Both the position numbers and the translations under genes were made by a program. The notes below the pieces were generated by a model, which did not search any database, was not told the origin of the DNA, and saw only the letters and a program-made list of their open reading frames with translations. From Lepidodermella squamata (taxonomy: Eukaryota > Animalia > Gastrotricha), in the NCBI GenBank assembly GCA_047495785.1, contig JBLDXI010000009.1, positions 1-64,000 of the forward strand: 64,000 nucleotides of DNA, read 5' to 3'. Positions 24,101 to 36,328 of this stretch are shown here, piece after piece (within the stretch, counting starts at the first letter, position 1; the number at the start of each line of letters is the position of its first letter).

Positions 24101-27100
24101 TTTTTCGGATCCCCGTGTTTTTTTCGATTGAAAGCAAGTCCATGGTACTTCTGAGTCCTACGAGTCCGAATATGGTACCAGATTTACGAAGGAATCTCGG
24201 GAAAAGATTCCAGGTCGATTTTAGATGGCCAATTCTGAAAATTTTGGACCTTTCAAATTTTTCTGAAATTTTTCGGATCTCCGTGCTTTTTTCGATTGAA
24301 AGCAAGTCCATGGTACTTCTGAGTCCTACGAGTCCGAATATGGTACCAGATTTACGAAGGAATCTCGGGAAAAGATTCCAGGTCGATTTTAGATGGCCAA
24401 TTCTGAAAATTTTGGACCTTTCAAATTTTTATGAAATTTTTCGGATCTCCGTGTTTTTTTCGATTGAAAGCAAGTCCATGGTACTTCTGAGTCCTACGAG
24501 TCCGAATATGGTACCAGATTTACGAAGGAATCTCGGGAAAAGATTCCAGGTCGATTTTAGATGGCCAATTCTGAAAATTTTGGACCTTTCAAATTTTTCT
24601 GAAATTTTTCGGATCTCCGTGTTTTTTTCGATTGAAAGCAAGTCCATGGTACTTCTGAGTCCTACGAGTCCGAATATGGTACCAGATTTACGAAGGAATC
24701 TCGGGAAAAGATTCCAGGTCGATTTTAGATGGCCAATTCTGAAAATTTTGGACCTTTCAAATTTTTATGAAATTTTTCGGATCTCCGTGCTTTTATCGAT
24801 GGAAAGCAAGTCCATGGTACTTCTGAGTCCCACGAGTCCGAATATGGTACCAGATTTACGAAGGAATCTCGGGAAAAGATTCCAGGTCGATTTTAGATGG
24901 CCAATTCTGAAAATTTTGGACCTTTCAAATTTTTATGAAATTTTTCGGATCTCCGTGCTTTTATCGATGGAAAGCAAGTCCATGGTACTTCTGAGTCCTA
25001 CGAGTCCGAATATGGTACCAGATTTACGAAGGAATCTCGGGAAAAGATTCCAGGTCGATTTTAGATGGCCAATTCTGAAAATTTTGGACCTTTCAAATTT
25101 TTATGAAATTTTTCGGATCTCCGTGCTTTTATCGATTGAAAGCAAGTCCATGGTACTTCTGAGTCCTACGAGTCCGAATATGGTACCAGATTTACGAAGG
25201 AATCTCGGGAAAAGATTCCAGGTCGATTTTAGATGGCCAATTCTGAAAATTTTGGACCTTTCAAATTTTTATGAAATTTTTCGGATCTCCGTGTTTTTTT
25301 CGATTGAAAGCAAGTCCATGGTACTTCTGAGTCCTACGAGTCCGAATATGGTACCAGATTTACGAAGGAATCTCGGGAAAAGATTCCAGGTCGATTTTAG
25401 ATGGCCAATTCTGAAAATTTTGGACCTTTCAAATTTTTCTGAAATTTTTCGGATCTCCGTGCTTTTTTCGATTGAAAGCAAGTCCATGGTACTTCTGAGT
25501 CCTACGAGTCCGAATATGGTACCAGATTTACGAAGGAATCTCGGGAAAAGATTCCAGGTCGATTTTAGATGGCCAATTCTGAAAATTTTGGACCTTTCAA
25601 ATTTTTCTGAAATTTTTCGGATCTCCGTGCTTTTATCGATGGAAAGCAAGTCCATGGTACTTCTGAGTCCTACGAGTCCGAATATGGTACCAGATTTACG
25701 AAGGAATCTCGGGAAAAGATTCCAGGTCGATTTTAGATGGCCAATTCTGAAAATTTTGGACCTTTCAAATTTTTATGAAATTTTTCGGATCTCCGTGTTT
25801 TTTTCGATTGAAAGCAAGTCCATGGTACTTCTGAGTCCTACGAGTCCGAATATGGTACCAGATTTACGAAGGAATCTCGGGAAAAGATTCCAGGTCGATT
25901 TTAGATGGCCAATTCTGAAAATTTTGGACCTTTCAAATTTTTATGAAATTTTTCGGATCTCCGTGTTTTTTTCGATTGAAAGCAAGTCCATGGTACTTCT
26001 GAGTCCTACGAGTCCGAATATGGTACCAGATTTACGAAGGAATCTCGGGAAAAGATTCCAGGTCGATTTTAGATGGCCAATTCTGAAAATTTTGGACCTT
26101 TCAAATTTTTATGAAATTTTTCGGATCTCCGTGTTTTTTTCGATTGAAAGCAAGTCCATGGTACTTCTGAGTCCTACGAGTCCGAATATGGTACCAGATT
26201 TACGAAGGAATCTCGGGAAAAGATTCCAGGTCGATTTTAGATGGCCAATTCTGAAAATTTTGGACCTTTCAAATTTTTCTGAAATTTTTCGGATCTCCGT
26301 GCTTTTTTCGATTGAAAGCAAGTCCATGGTACTTCTGAGTCCTACGAGTCCGAATATGGTACCAGATTTACGAAGGAATCTCGGGAAAAGATTCCAGGTC
26401 GATTTTAGATGGCCAATTCTGAAAATTTTGGACCTTTCAAATTTTTATGAAATTTTTCGGATCTCCGTGCTTTTATCGATGGAAAGCAAGTCCATGGTAC
26501 TTCTGAGTCCTACGAGTCCGAATATGGTACCAGATTTACGAAGGAATCTCGGGAAAAGATTCCAGGTCGATTTTAGATGGCCAATTCTGAAAATTTTGGA
26601 CCTTTCAAATTTTTCTGAAATTTTTCGGATCTCCGTGCTTTTTTCGATTGAAAGCAAGTCCATGGTACTTCTGAGTCCTACGAGTCCGAATATGGTACCA
26701 GATTTACGAAGGAATCTCGGGAAAAGATTCCAGGTCGATTTTAGATGGCCAATTCTGAAAATTTTGGACCTTTCAAATTTTTCTGAAATTTTTCGGATCT
26801 CCGTGCTTTTATCGATGGAAAGCAAGTCCATGGTACTTCTGAGTCCTACGAGTCCGAATATGGTACCAGATTTACGAAGGAATCTCGGGAAAAGATTCCA
26901 GGTCGATTTTAGATGGCCAATTCTGAAAATTTTGGACCTTTCAAATTTTTATGAAATTTTTCGGATCTCCGTGTTTTTTTCGATTGAAAGCAAGTCCATG
27001 GTACTTCTGAGTCCTACGAGTCCGAATATGGTACCAGATTTACGAAGGAATCTCGGGAAAAGATTCCAGGTCGATTTTAGATGGCCAATTCTGAAAATTT

Positions 27101-30100
27101 TGGACCTTTCAAATTTTTATGAAATTTTTCGGATCTCCGTGTTTTTTTCGATTGAAAGCAAGTCCATGGTACTTCTGAGTCCTACGAGTCCGAATATGGT
27201 ACCAGATTTACGAAGGAATCTCGGGAAAAGATTCCAGGTCGATTTTAGATGGCCAATTCTGAAAATTTTGGACCTTTCAAATTTTTATGAAATTTTTCGG
27301 ATCTCCGTGTTTTTTTCGATTGAAAGCAAGTCCATGGTACTTCTGAGTCCTACGAGTCCGAATATGGTACCAGATTTACGAAGGAATCTCGGGAAAAGAT
27401 TCCAGGTCGATTTTAGATGGCCAATTCTGAAAATTTTGGACCTTTCAAATTTTTCTGAAATTTTTCGGATCTCCGTGCTTTTTTCGATTGAAAGCAAGTC
27501 CATGGTACTTCTGAGTCCTACGAGTCCGAATATGGTACCAGATTTACGAAGGAATCTCGGGAAAAGATTCCAGGTCGATTTTAGATGGCCAATTCTGAAA
27601 ATTTTGGACCTTTCAAATTTTTATGAAATTTTTCGGATCTCCGTGCTTTTATCGATGGAAAGCAAGTCCATGGTACTTCTGAGTCCTACGAGTCCGAATA
27701 TGGTACCAGATTTACGAAGGAATCTCGGGAAAAGATTCCAGGTCGATTTTAGATGGCCAATTCTGAAAATTTTGGACCTTTCAAATTTTTCTGAAATTTT
27801 TCGGATCTCCGTGCTTTTTTCGATTGAAAGCAAGTCCATGGTACTTCTGAGTCCTACGAGTCCGAATATGGTACCAGATTTACGAAGGAATCTCGGGAAA
27901 AGATTCCAGGTCGATTTTAGATGGCCAATTCTGAAAATTTTGGACCTTTCAAATTTTTATGAAATTTTTCGGATCTCCGTGCTTTTATCGATGGAAAGCA
28001 AGTCCATGGTACTTCTGAGTCCCACGAGTCCGAATATGGTACCAGATTTACGAAGGAATCTCGGGAAAAGATTCCAGGTCGATTTTAGATGGCCAATTCT
28101 GAAAATTTTGGACCTTTCAAATTTTTATGAAATTTTTCGGATCTCCGTGCTTTTATCGATGGAAAGCAAGTCCATGGTACTTCTGAGTCCTACGAGTCCG
28201 AATATGGTACCAGATTTACGAAGGAATCTCGGGAAAAGATTCCAGGTCGATTTTAGATGGCCAATTCTGAAAATTTTGGACCTTTCAAATTTTTATGAAA
28301 TTTTTCGGATCTCCGTGCTTTTATCGATTGAAAGCAAGTCCATGGTACTTCTGAGTCCTACGAGTCCGAATATGGTACCAGATTTACGAAGGAATCTCGG
28401 GAAAAGATTCCAGGTCGATTTTAGATGGCCAATTCTGAAAATTTTGGACCTTTCAAATTTTTATGAAATTTTTCGGATCTCCGTGTTTTTTTCGATTGAA
28501 AGCAAGTCCATGGTACTTCTGAGTCCTACGAGTCCGAATATGGTACCAGATTTACGAAGGAATCTCGGGAAAAGATTCCAGGTCGATTTTAGATGGCCAA
28601 TTCTGAAAATTTTGGACCTTTCAAATTTTTCTGAAATTTTTCGGATCTCCGTGCTTTTTTCGATTGAAAGCAAGTCCATGGTACTTCTGAGTCCTACGAG
28701 TCCGAATATGGTACCAGATTTACGAAGGAATCTCGGGAAAAGATTCCAGGTCGATTTTAGATGGCCAATTCTGAAAATTTTGGACCTTTCAAATTTTTCT
28801 GAAATTTTTCGGATCTCCGTGCTTTTATCGATGGAAAGCAAGTCCATGGTACTTCTGAGTCCTACGAGTCCGAATATGGTACCAGATTTACGAAGGAATC
28901 TCGGGAAAAGATTCCAGGTCGATTTTAGATGGCCAATTCTGAAAATTTTGGACCTTTCAAATTTTTATGAAATTTTTCGGATCTCCGTGTTTTTTTCGAT
29001 TGAAAGCAAGTCCATGGTACTTCTGAGTCCTACGAGTCCGAATATGGTACCAGATTTACGAAGGAATCTCGGGAAAAGATTCCAGGTCGATTTTAGATGG
29101 CCAATTCTGAAAATTTTGGACCTTTCAAATTTTTATGAAATTTTTCGGATCTCCGTGTTTTTTTCGATTGAAAGCAAGTCCATGGTACTTCTGAGTCCTA
29201 CGAGTCCGAATATGGTACCAGATTTACGAAGGAATCTCGGGAAAAGATTCCAGGTCGATTTTAGATGGCCAATTCTGAAAATTTTGGACCTTTCAAATTT
29301 TTATGAAATTTTTCGGATCTCCGTGCTTTTATCGATGGAAAGCAAGTCCATGGTACTTCTGAGTCCTACGAGTCCGAATATGGTACCAGATTTACGAAGG
29401 AATCTCGGGAAAAGATTCCAGGTCGATTTTAGATGGCCAATTCTGAAAATTTTGGACCTTTCAAATTTTTATGAAATTTTTCGGATCTCCGTGCTTTTAT
29501 CGATTGAAAGCAAGTCCATGGTACTTCTGAGTCCTACGAGTCCGAATATGGTACCAGATTTACGAAGGAATCTCGGGAAAAGATTCCAGGTCGATTTTAG
29601 ATGGCCAATTCTGAAAATTTTGGACCTTTCAAATTTTTATGAAATTTTTCGGATCTCCGTGTTTTTTTCGATTGAAAGCAAGTCCATGGTACTTCTGAGT
29701 CCTACGAGTCCGAATATGGTACCAGATTTACGAAGGAATCTCGGGAAAAGATTCCAGGTCGATTTTAGATGGCCAATTCTGAAAATTTTGGACCTTTCAA
29801 ATTTTTCTGAAATTTTTCGGATCTCCGTGCTTTTTTCGATTGAAAGCAAGTCCATGGTACTTCTGAGTCCTACGAGTCCGAATATGGTACCAGATTTACG
29901 AAGGAATCTCGGGAAAAGATTCCAGGTCGATTTTAGATGGCCAATTCTGAAAATTTTGGACCTTTCAAATTTTTCTGAAATTTTTCGGATCTCCGTGCTT
30001 TTATCGATGGAAAGCAAGTCCATGGTACTTCTGAGTCCTACGAGTCCGAATATGGTACCAGATTTACGAAGGAATCTCGGGAAAAGATTCCAGGTCGATT

Positions 30101-30645
30101 TTAGATGGCCAATTCTGAAAATTTTGGACCTTTCAAATTTTTATGAAATTTTTCGGATCTCCGTGTTTTTTTCGATTGAAAGCAAGTCCATGGTACTTCT
30201 GAGTCCTACGAGTCCGAATATGGTACCAGATTTACGAAGGAATCTCGGGAAAAGATTCCAGGTCGATTTTAGATGGCCAATTCTGAAAATTTTGGACCTT
30301 TCAAATTTTTATGAAATTTTTCGGATCTCCGTGTTTTTTTCGATTGAAAGCAAGTCCATGGTACTTCTGAGTCCTACGAGTCCGAATATGGTACCAGATT
30401 TACGAAGGAATCTCGGGAAAAGATTCCAGGTCGATTTTAGATGGCCAATTCTGAAAATTTTGGACCTTTCAAATTTTTCTGAAATTTTTCGGATCTCCGT
30501 GCTTTTATCGATGGAAAGCAAGTCCATGGTACTTCTGAGTCCTACGAGTCCGAATATGGTACCAGATTTACGAAGGAATCTCGGGAAAAGATTCCAGGTC
30601 GATTTTAGATGGCCAATTCTGAAAATTTTGGACATTTCAAATTTT
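21107..30645 (+). repeat. 168-bp satellite (~57 monomers) inside the PLE
   Basis: Period 168 bp, no indels seen, few recurrent SNP variants. Confidence 0.97.
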
Positions 30646-30948
30646 GGATCAACTCCTTGGATTTTTATGTTTACCCCGATTTTTTAATTGGAGCAGAATC
30701 TGTAGGGACTCCTTAGCACGAATATCAACATTTTAAACGGTCATGATTGAAAACGGAAACGCTGTAATAAGAATTAAAGTTTAAAGAAAAAATGTAATTT
30801 TGGCACCAGATGTGCCCTGAAAAACATGTTTTGTTTCGTCATTAACTAATCGCGTGCGCCACATGCGCCACTACGACTCAGTCTGTTACGCTCATTCAAT
30901 TTATCAAAGCCTTTAAAAGGCATTAAAATCGTATACAAATTTATTATT

Positions 30949-31019
30949 GAGGTTTTAAATGTCACTGATGAGCTACCTTAGCCAAGTAGCGAAACCGGTC
31001 TGACAATTAGGCTAACCTC
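30949..31019 (+). ncRNA. Type I hammerhead ribozyme (family 2), cleavage after C31000
   Basis: GTCA-CTGATGA-GCTAC(cttagccaa)GTAGC-GAAA-CCG-GTC^TGAC; distal stem GAGGTT/AACCTC. Confidence 0.92.
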
Positions 31020-31107
31020 TTATATTCACTCTTCCTCATGCTACCTTTACCTCTTGGATCCTAAAAAAAAAAAAATTATAGGAACCTAGGTTACTTACCG
31101 CTATTTA

Positions 31108-31219
31108 ACGGGCGCCTCCCAGGAGCGTGGTACGTTAGTTGGTGGACGGGCGCCTCTTCGGAGTGTGGTACGTCGGGTTATGGATGAGACGCGCGCCTCT
31201 ACGGAGTGTGGAACGTCTC
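31108..31219 (+). ncRNA. Three tandem hairpin modules (two with UNCG tetraloops) in the PLE 3' region
   Basis: GCGCCTC-(CCAG/TTCG/TACG)-GAGYGTGG, closed by AACG/CGTT, GACG/CGTC and GAGACG/CGTCTC. Confidence 0.6.
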
Positions 31220-31340
31220 GGTCACTGTCTCCTTAACAGAGCAGGACCTATGATGAGCTTTGCTTTTGGAAGATAATCCTGATTAGGATTCCTTGCCGGG
31301 GATTTCGAAATAAGAAACCCGACTGGTAACTACTTTTGAT

Positions 31341-31346
31341 CTAACC

Positions 31347-31387
<41 letters not shown>

Positions 31388-31450
31388 CCCTAACCCTAAC
31401 CCTAACCCTAACCCTAACCCCAACCCTAACCCTAACCCTAACCCTAACCC
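31341..31450 (-). repeat. Telomeric repeat tract (TTAGGG)~18, the proximal attachment site
   Basis: (CTAACC)n with two variant units (CTAAACC, CCAACC). Confidence 0.97.
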
Positions 31451-31457
31451 GCAAGTC

Positions 31458-34400
31458 TCACTTCTTCATCTCATACAAAAAACTGACAAACGAAAAAAAT
31501 GGGGTAAAAGGAGGATTCGAACCCCGGATAATTATTAAAACGGCTTTAGGTTTAGCTACGTAGCTGACTTTATTTCTTCTTCTTTATTATCAAAGTTATG
31601 CAAAGTTAAATATTTACAAGTTTACAACGTTTACAAGGCTTTAGCCAGCGCCTTAGCAGCTCATTTGGAACCCCTGACTTATTAGTTCCTGCAATGACGT
31701 GATTTTTAACGAGTGGTTATGATCGTCATGTGGCTGGTCGATTTGTCTTAGCTCGGACAGTTCGAGGCTGATCATTTGATTGTTATTGATGTATTGCGGA
31801 GGTGCTCGAAAAATTGATCAAGCTGACCGGGCATCATAAAAACGAAACTCAGCATTTTAACGCAGTATCGTTTTCATTTACAGCGCAGGAAGCAACAGCA
31901 AGCAGATATTTGCACAGCAGTCGTATGCACTCCAAATTTACCCGTCTCTAATTTGTAGGAAAAACAAAATGAATTAATGAGTACTTCTCTTCGCCATTTT
32001 CGCCAATGACCTACCTGTAAAAGATAATCGTGGCGGGTCGCGGAACGAAACAAGTCAGATCAAAATTCAGGCGCATCTTTGCGAGGAAAACCGGTACCAG
32101 GACATTGGCAGCAAAACACCACCTACAAATCTGCCTAGCGAAACCCTCAAGCCAGCAGCGAAACATCAAGCCATACGAGAGAGTCGAGAAAATAATACAG
32201 CTATGGAACGGAATACCGAAAACCTGCTTTCCGGAAATTGTTAATATTGACCTTTTCAGATGCTACATGAACGAACTAGGGATGTCGTTATAGTCATCAG
32301 TACGCACCCGAAAGATTATGTAAATAAAAACAAAAACTAACGTATTAGCATAAATGGAGGAGGTGGCCGGAATTAGGGCACCCGGTGCCAATTTGGACGA
32401 TTTTACTTTGATTTATGGCTTTTGTGGTCACCTAGACTCCTGGCCGCTGGAAGGACTTGCGGAATCGGGCACTCGATAGCTCAAGAACTCCTCTATAAAT
32501 CTGAATATTTTCTAAAAATCCACCTGGGTGGCGAAATAGGAAAATCCCAAAAAGTTGCCGAATTTAGGGCGCGATGCTCTATGCTCCCTCATTTAGCACT
32601 GAAGTACTGCGCACTCAACATGAATGTACTACGCGCACATGATATCAGTTAGTTCTGCGTTAGTTTTACAGACAATTTGTGTAATTAAGAAAAGTTCCCA
32701 ACTACTTTCCATGCTTTTTTCGCAGATAGTGGCTCAATATAAACTGAACGATTCACTTTTTAAAGAACTAAACGTTATTCGATTCATTTTCATCACACGC
32801 CCAAGCCCACGCTTCTATGTCCACCAGCAGAGAGAGCGAAAGAAGGAAAGAAGAAAGAAACACGTGTAGCATGGACAAGACCAAATATATAACAATTTGT
32901 CGGTTAAATCGCTCACGATGGGCGTAACTTGTTCAGCAAAAAATGTAATAATTGAGTAAATGATATTTATTTACCTATACCTGATTTCTGAACCAATCAA
33001 ATCAAATCGATATTTAAAGAGGGATGGGGTAGCTGCACGTGCGCGGTGAACGGAATAGGTCTTGTAGGGTAAATACGTAAAGATACGAAGAGATAGTAAT
33101 GATTAACACGCGGAACGGCATGTTGTCGAATTTTTTTTCCAGCGATCGGTATTATTTACTTGTCGAAACTGCGCATCCCATTTAGAATGCACTTATTGTT
33201 TGAAAGGTTTCCCGCATCGGAAGACAGTGATACGGCTTACACAGCTATACTTCGAAGTAATACTTACGGAGGTTGAAACAGGGGTGTTTACGTACTTTTG
33301 ATGATCGAGCAGTGTTCCTCTTCCCTTTTTTATTCTTCCTACTCTTCTTCCAATCTCAACTTTTTGGAAATAAAATGGAAGACGAGTGGAAGAGTAGAAG
33401 GATGGAGATAGAGAAAGGAACAACAGAGAGGAAGAACGGAGAAGGAAGAAGAAGAAGCAGGTCAATTCCTGCTGTAAGTTATCAAAATCACTCGTCGCCT
33501 CGTCCGTGATGTAATCCAGTTTTGACTGAGAATTGTAGCATGAGAGTATGGTTCAAGCCTTTTTCTAAGGGTCCTCCTGTCAGCGGAACCAAATTTTTTA
33601 ATTTTCTAGTAGCCTGAAATCGCCTGAAATTGTCGGGGATTTCTTGCGGGTCAAGATTGGCCACAATAATTATAGAAAAATCACCAGTAAATCAAGCGCA
33701 ACATTCTCTACAAGACAGAGTGCTCAATTTAGAATTCATGCCTCGCCAAAAATTCGTAGAATTATTCAAAAAATGACTCTGCAGATTTTGACTTTGGTTC
33801 CGCAAAAAGCAAATTTGGTTCTGCTACAGCATATTTGGTTCTGATACAGCAAATTTGGTTCCGCTCACTGTAACTTTGGTTCCGCTAAAAGATATTACGG
33901 TTTAAATCAAGCCCAGATCAGGCAACATTTTCTCCGCTTTTGCAAAGAAAAAGGTACCAGTAAAAATATTATTGTCTACGGTTGGTTTTACATGACAGGT
34001 ATTTAAAAATTAACTGCACGTGCTCAGAGCTCAAAGGTACCTTTTCATATAAATAAACAAATTACTTAATAATAGGTATCATGAGCTTAGAATCTATTTA
34101 CGAAGAGAAAATGGCGAAGAGAAGTACTCATTAATTCATTTTGTTTTTCCTACAAATTAGAGACGGGTAAATTTGGAGTGCATACGACTGCTGTGCAAAT
34201 ATCTGCTTGCTGTTGCTTCCTGCGCTGTAAATGAAAACGATACTGCGTTAAAATGCTGAGTTTCGTTTTTATGATGCCCGGTCAGCTTGATCAATTTTTC
34301 GAGCACCTCCGCAATACATCAATAACAATCAAATGATCAGCCTCGAACTGTCCGAGCTAAGACAAATCGACCAGCCACATGACGATCATAACCACTCGTT

Positions 34401-34650
34401 AAAAATCACGTCATTGCAGGAACTAATAAGTCAGGGGTTCCAAATGAGCTGCTAAGGCGCTGGCTAAAGCCTTGTAAACGTTGTAAACTTGTAAATATTT
34501 AACTTTGCATAACTTTGATAATAAAGAAGAAGAAATAAAGTCAGCTACGTAGCTAAACCTAAAGCCGTTTTAATAATTATCCGGGGTTCGAATCCTCCTT
34601 TTACCCCATTTTTTTCGTTTGTCAGTTTTTTGTATGAGATGAAGAAGTGA
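31458..34650. mobile_element. Foldback-like element: 544-bp inverted repeats (31458-32001, 34107-34650) around a 2.1-kb spacer
   Basis: Arms are reverse complements wherever compared, with both ends in register; no transposase ORF and no clear TSD. Confidence 0.7.
32030..32340 (+). pseudogene. Possible 3' remnant of a non-LTR retrotransposon
   Basis: KIIQLWNGIPKTCFPEIVNIDLFR resembles the R..xLWNxLP...FK C-terminus of CR1/L2/Jockey-group ORF2; followed by AATAAA and an A-rich tail. Confidence 0.4.
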
Positions 34651-36328
34651 CGAAACGACGAAACGACGAAGCAACGAAAAAAAAATGCCTCAGAACCAAC
34701 TATTCATACCACGTGACCACGCGGACTTTGATCCTGCAAGAAAGCATAATGAGTCCAAATATATCCCTGGTCCAAAAATCGGAGAAATATCGTTAGCTAA
34801 AGCTCGCTTCGATCGCAGGTGGCTATTTTTCGAGTTGCCAAGGCTCAAAAATAAAAGAAAATTGTTTTAAACCAGTCGAAACCCGCGACAGATTGCAACG
34901 AATGATTGCAACGAATGATTGCCGTTTCCGACCGTGGACCACTCTGGATTGGACAACAGAGTGGTCTCTGTTTGGTCCAACGCTTTATTCTTGGCTGATA
35001 CCTATAAATCGCGTACATGAATGACGCCGGCTGTTTATCAAAAACACGAAACACATAACACCTAACACACAGCCAGACGCGTTGACAACTTGACAACGAG
35101 CATCTGACATTTACATGCGGCAAAAGTAGTGTCTGAAATCATTATAAAGTAACAAATTTTGTTGAAAATTAGTCAAAATTCCACAGAAATATTTTTTTTG
35201 TTTTTTCGTAATTCACATCCCTTCTTGTTCGCGTGTTGGCGGTTTCCCAACGGAAGAGCGCGCTTTCATGAATCCCTGTAATTCGCCCCTATTTTTAGGT
35301 GTCCAGAGGGTTTCTCAGCGTTCTTCGCAACATTTGTCGTAGTTTCTTGAGCAATTTAGGTCAATAGCTATTGAACTAGGTTATCGCGATAACTGCCACC
35401 GAAGTTATACGGCCAATAATCAGGCTAACTGCCGGTGGAAAACATCTGAATGTTCTTTCAGCGTCTCATTGATTCACGTTACCTGTGATTATCCATACTT
35501 CTGAATGTTTTTTTATCAAGGCCAGTTTCAAATTTCAGGTGGAGGGACAAACAATTAAGCCCAAAGCTATGATCTATGGTGGCCCGTCGTTCTCATGAAG
35601 TCCGCTCCATAGAAAGCTGTACTTATTCAGACTTCAGACCTGGAGCCAGCGTTCTGCCCGAGACGCTAGAAGCAATATAACGTCATACGTAATACATTCA
35701 CTAATTTATGAGAAGTACGCTCGTGACTTCGACGTGGATTGCGCTATGAAATGGGTTGTAGTGAAGCGAGCTGTAGCAGGTGCTAGGTGTAACGATTGAC
35801 TAATCCTTAGTCCTCTCTTTTACGTGAAGTTTTCGGCATTCGGTCCCCTTTAGGGTGTTATCAAATGGCAAAACGCGAAAGGTATCGCTCTTACCTTCTA
35901 TCTCACTTGCAAATGTTGCTCCTTTTCTTAAAAACTGCCTAACATCGGCTTGACATATTTTTGCCAAGTTGTGGGATATGTGCTGGTCCATATGTCGATG
36001 ATGACTGTCCAGAATGGCCCGATGTCTTGGATAGCATATTTGAATTTAAGTTCTGTTTGCATTTCGCAATCCACGCGGCGTTCTTGCCATTCTTGAAAAG
36101 GTCGGCACTTGTGCATTGTGCACTATTGTACGGGCGCTGGCGAACCAGCTGAGCTACCACAATTGTAGTCTTACTGTCTATTTTCTACTACTTTTATTCC
36201 AAGGTACAAGTCATGTCTCGGAGGCACATATAACACAGCTGCCCCATTTAAATATTTACTAGGACATATATGATGTTTAGTTGAAGCAGCTCTTGCTATC
36301 ACTTCGCTGAAAAACCCTCCCTCAACAA

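Larger units (their letters stand above)
17049..31340 (+). mobile_element. Endonuclease-deficient Penelope-like retroelement (Athena/Terminon-like), 14.3 kb, bounded by telomeric repeats
   Basis: PLE RT without GIY-YIG, co-oriented accessory ORFs, 3' hammerhead, CCCTAA tracts at both ends on the sense strand. Confidence 0.88.

Noticed and set aside
20992-30687. 518-aa and 2707-aa ORFs of 56-aa repeats (and their antisense ORFs)
   Set aside because: By-product of a 168-bp (multiple of 3) satellite with one stop-free frame; the variants are mostly non-synonymous and one copy has a stop, so there is no sign of coding selection
34550-34615. tRNA gene in the inverted-repeat arms
   Set aside because: Only the T-arm/B-box is recognisable; no convincing cloverleaf
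35500-36200. Possible exons upstream of TTD14
   Set aside because: Could not assemble a consistent reading frame or recognise a domain
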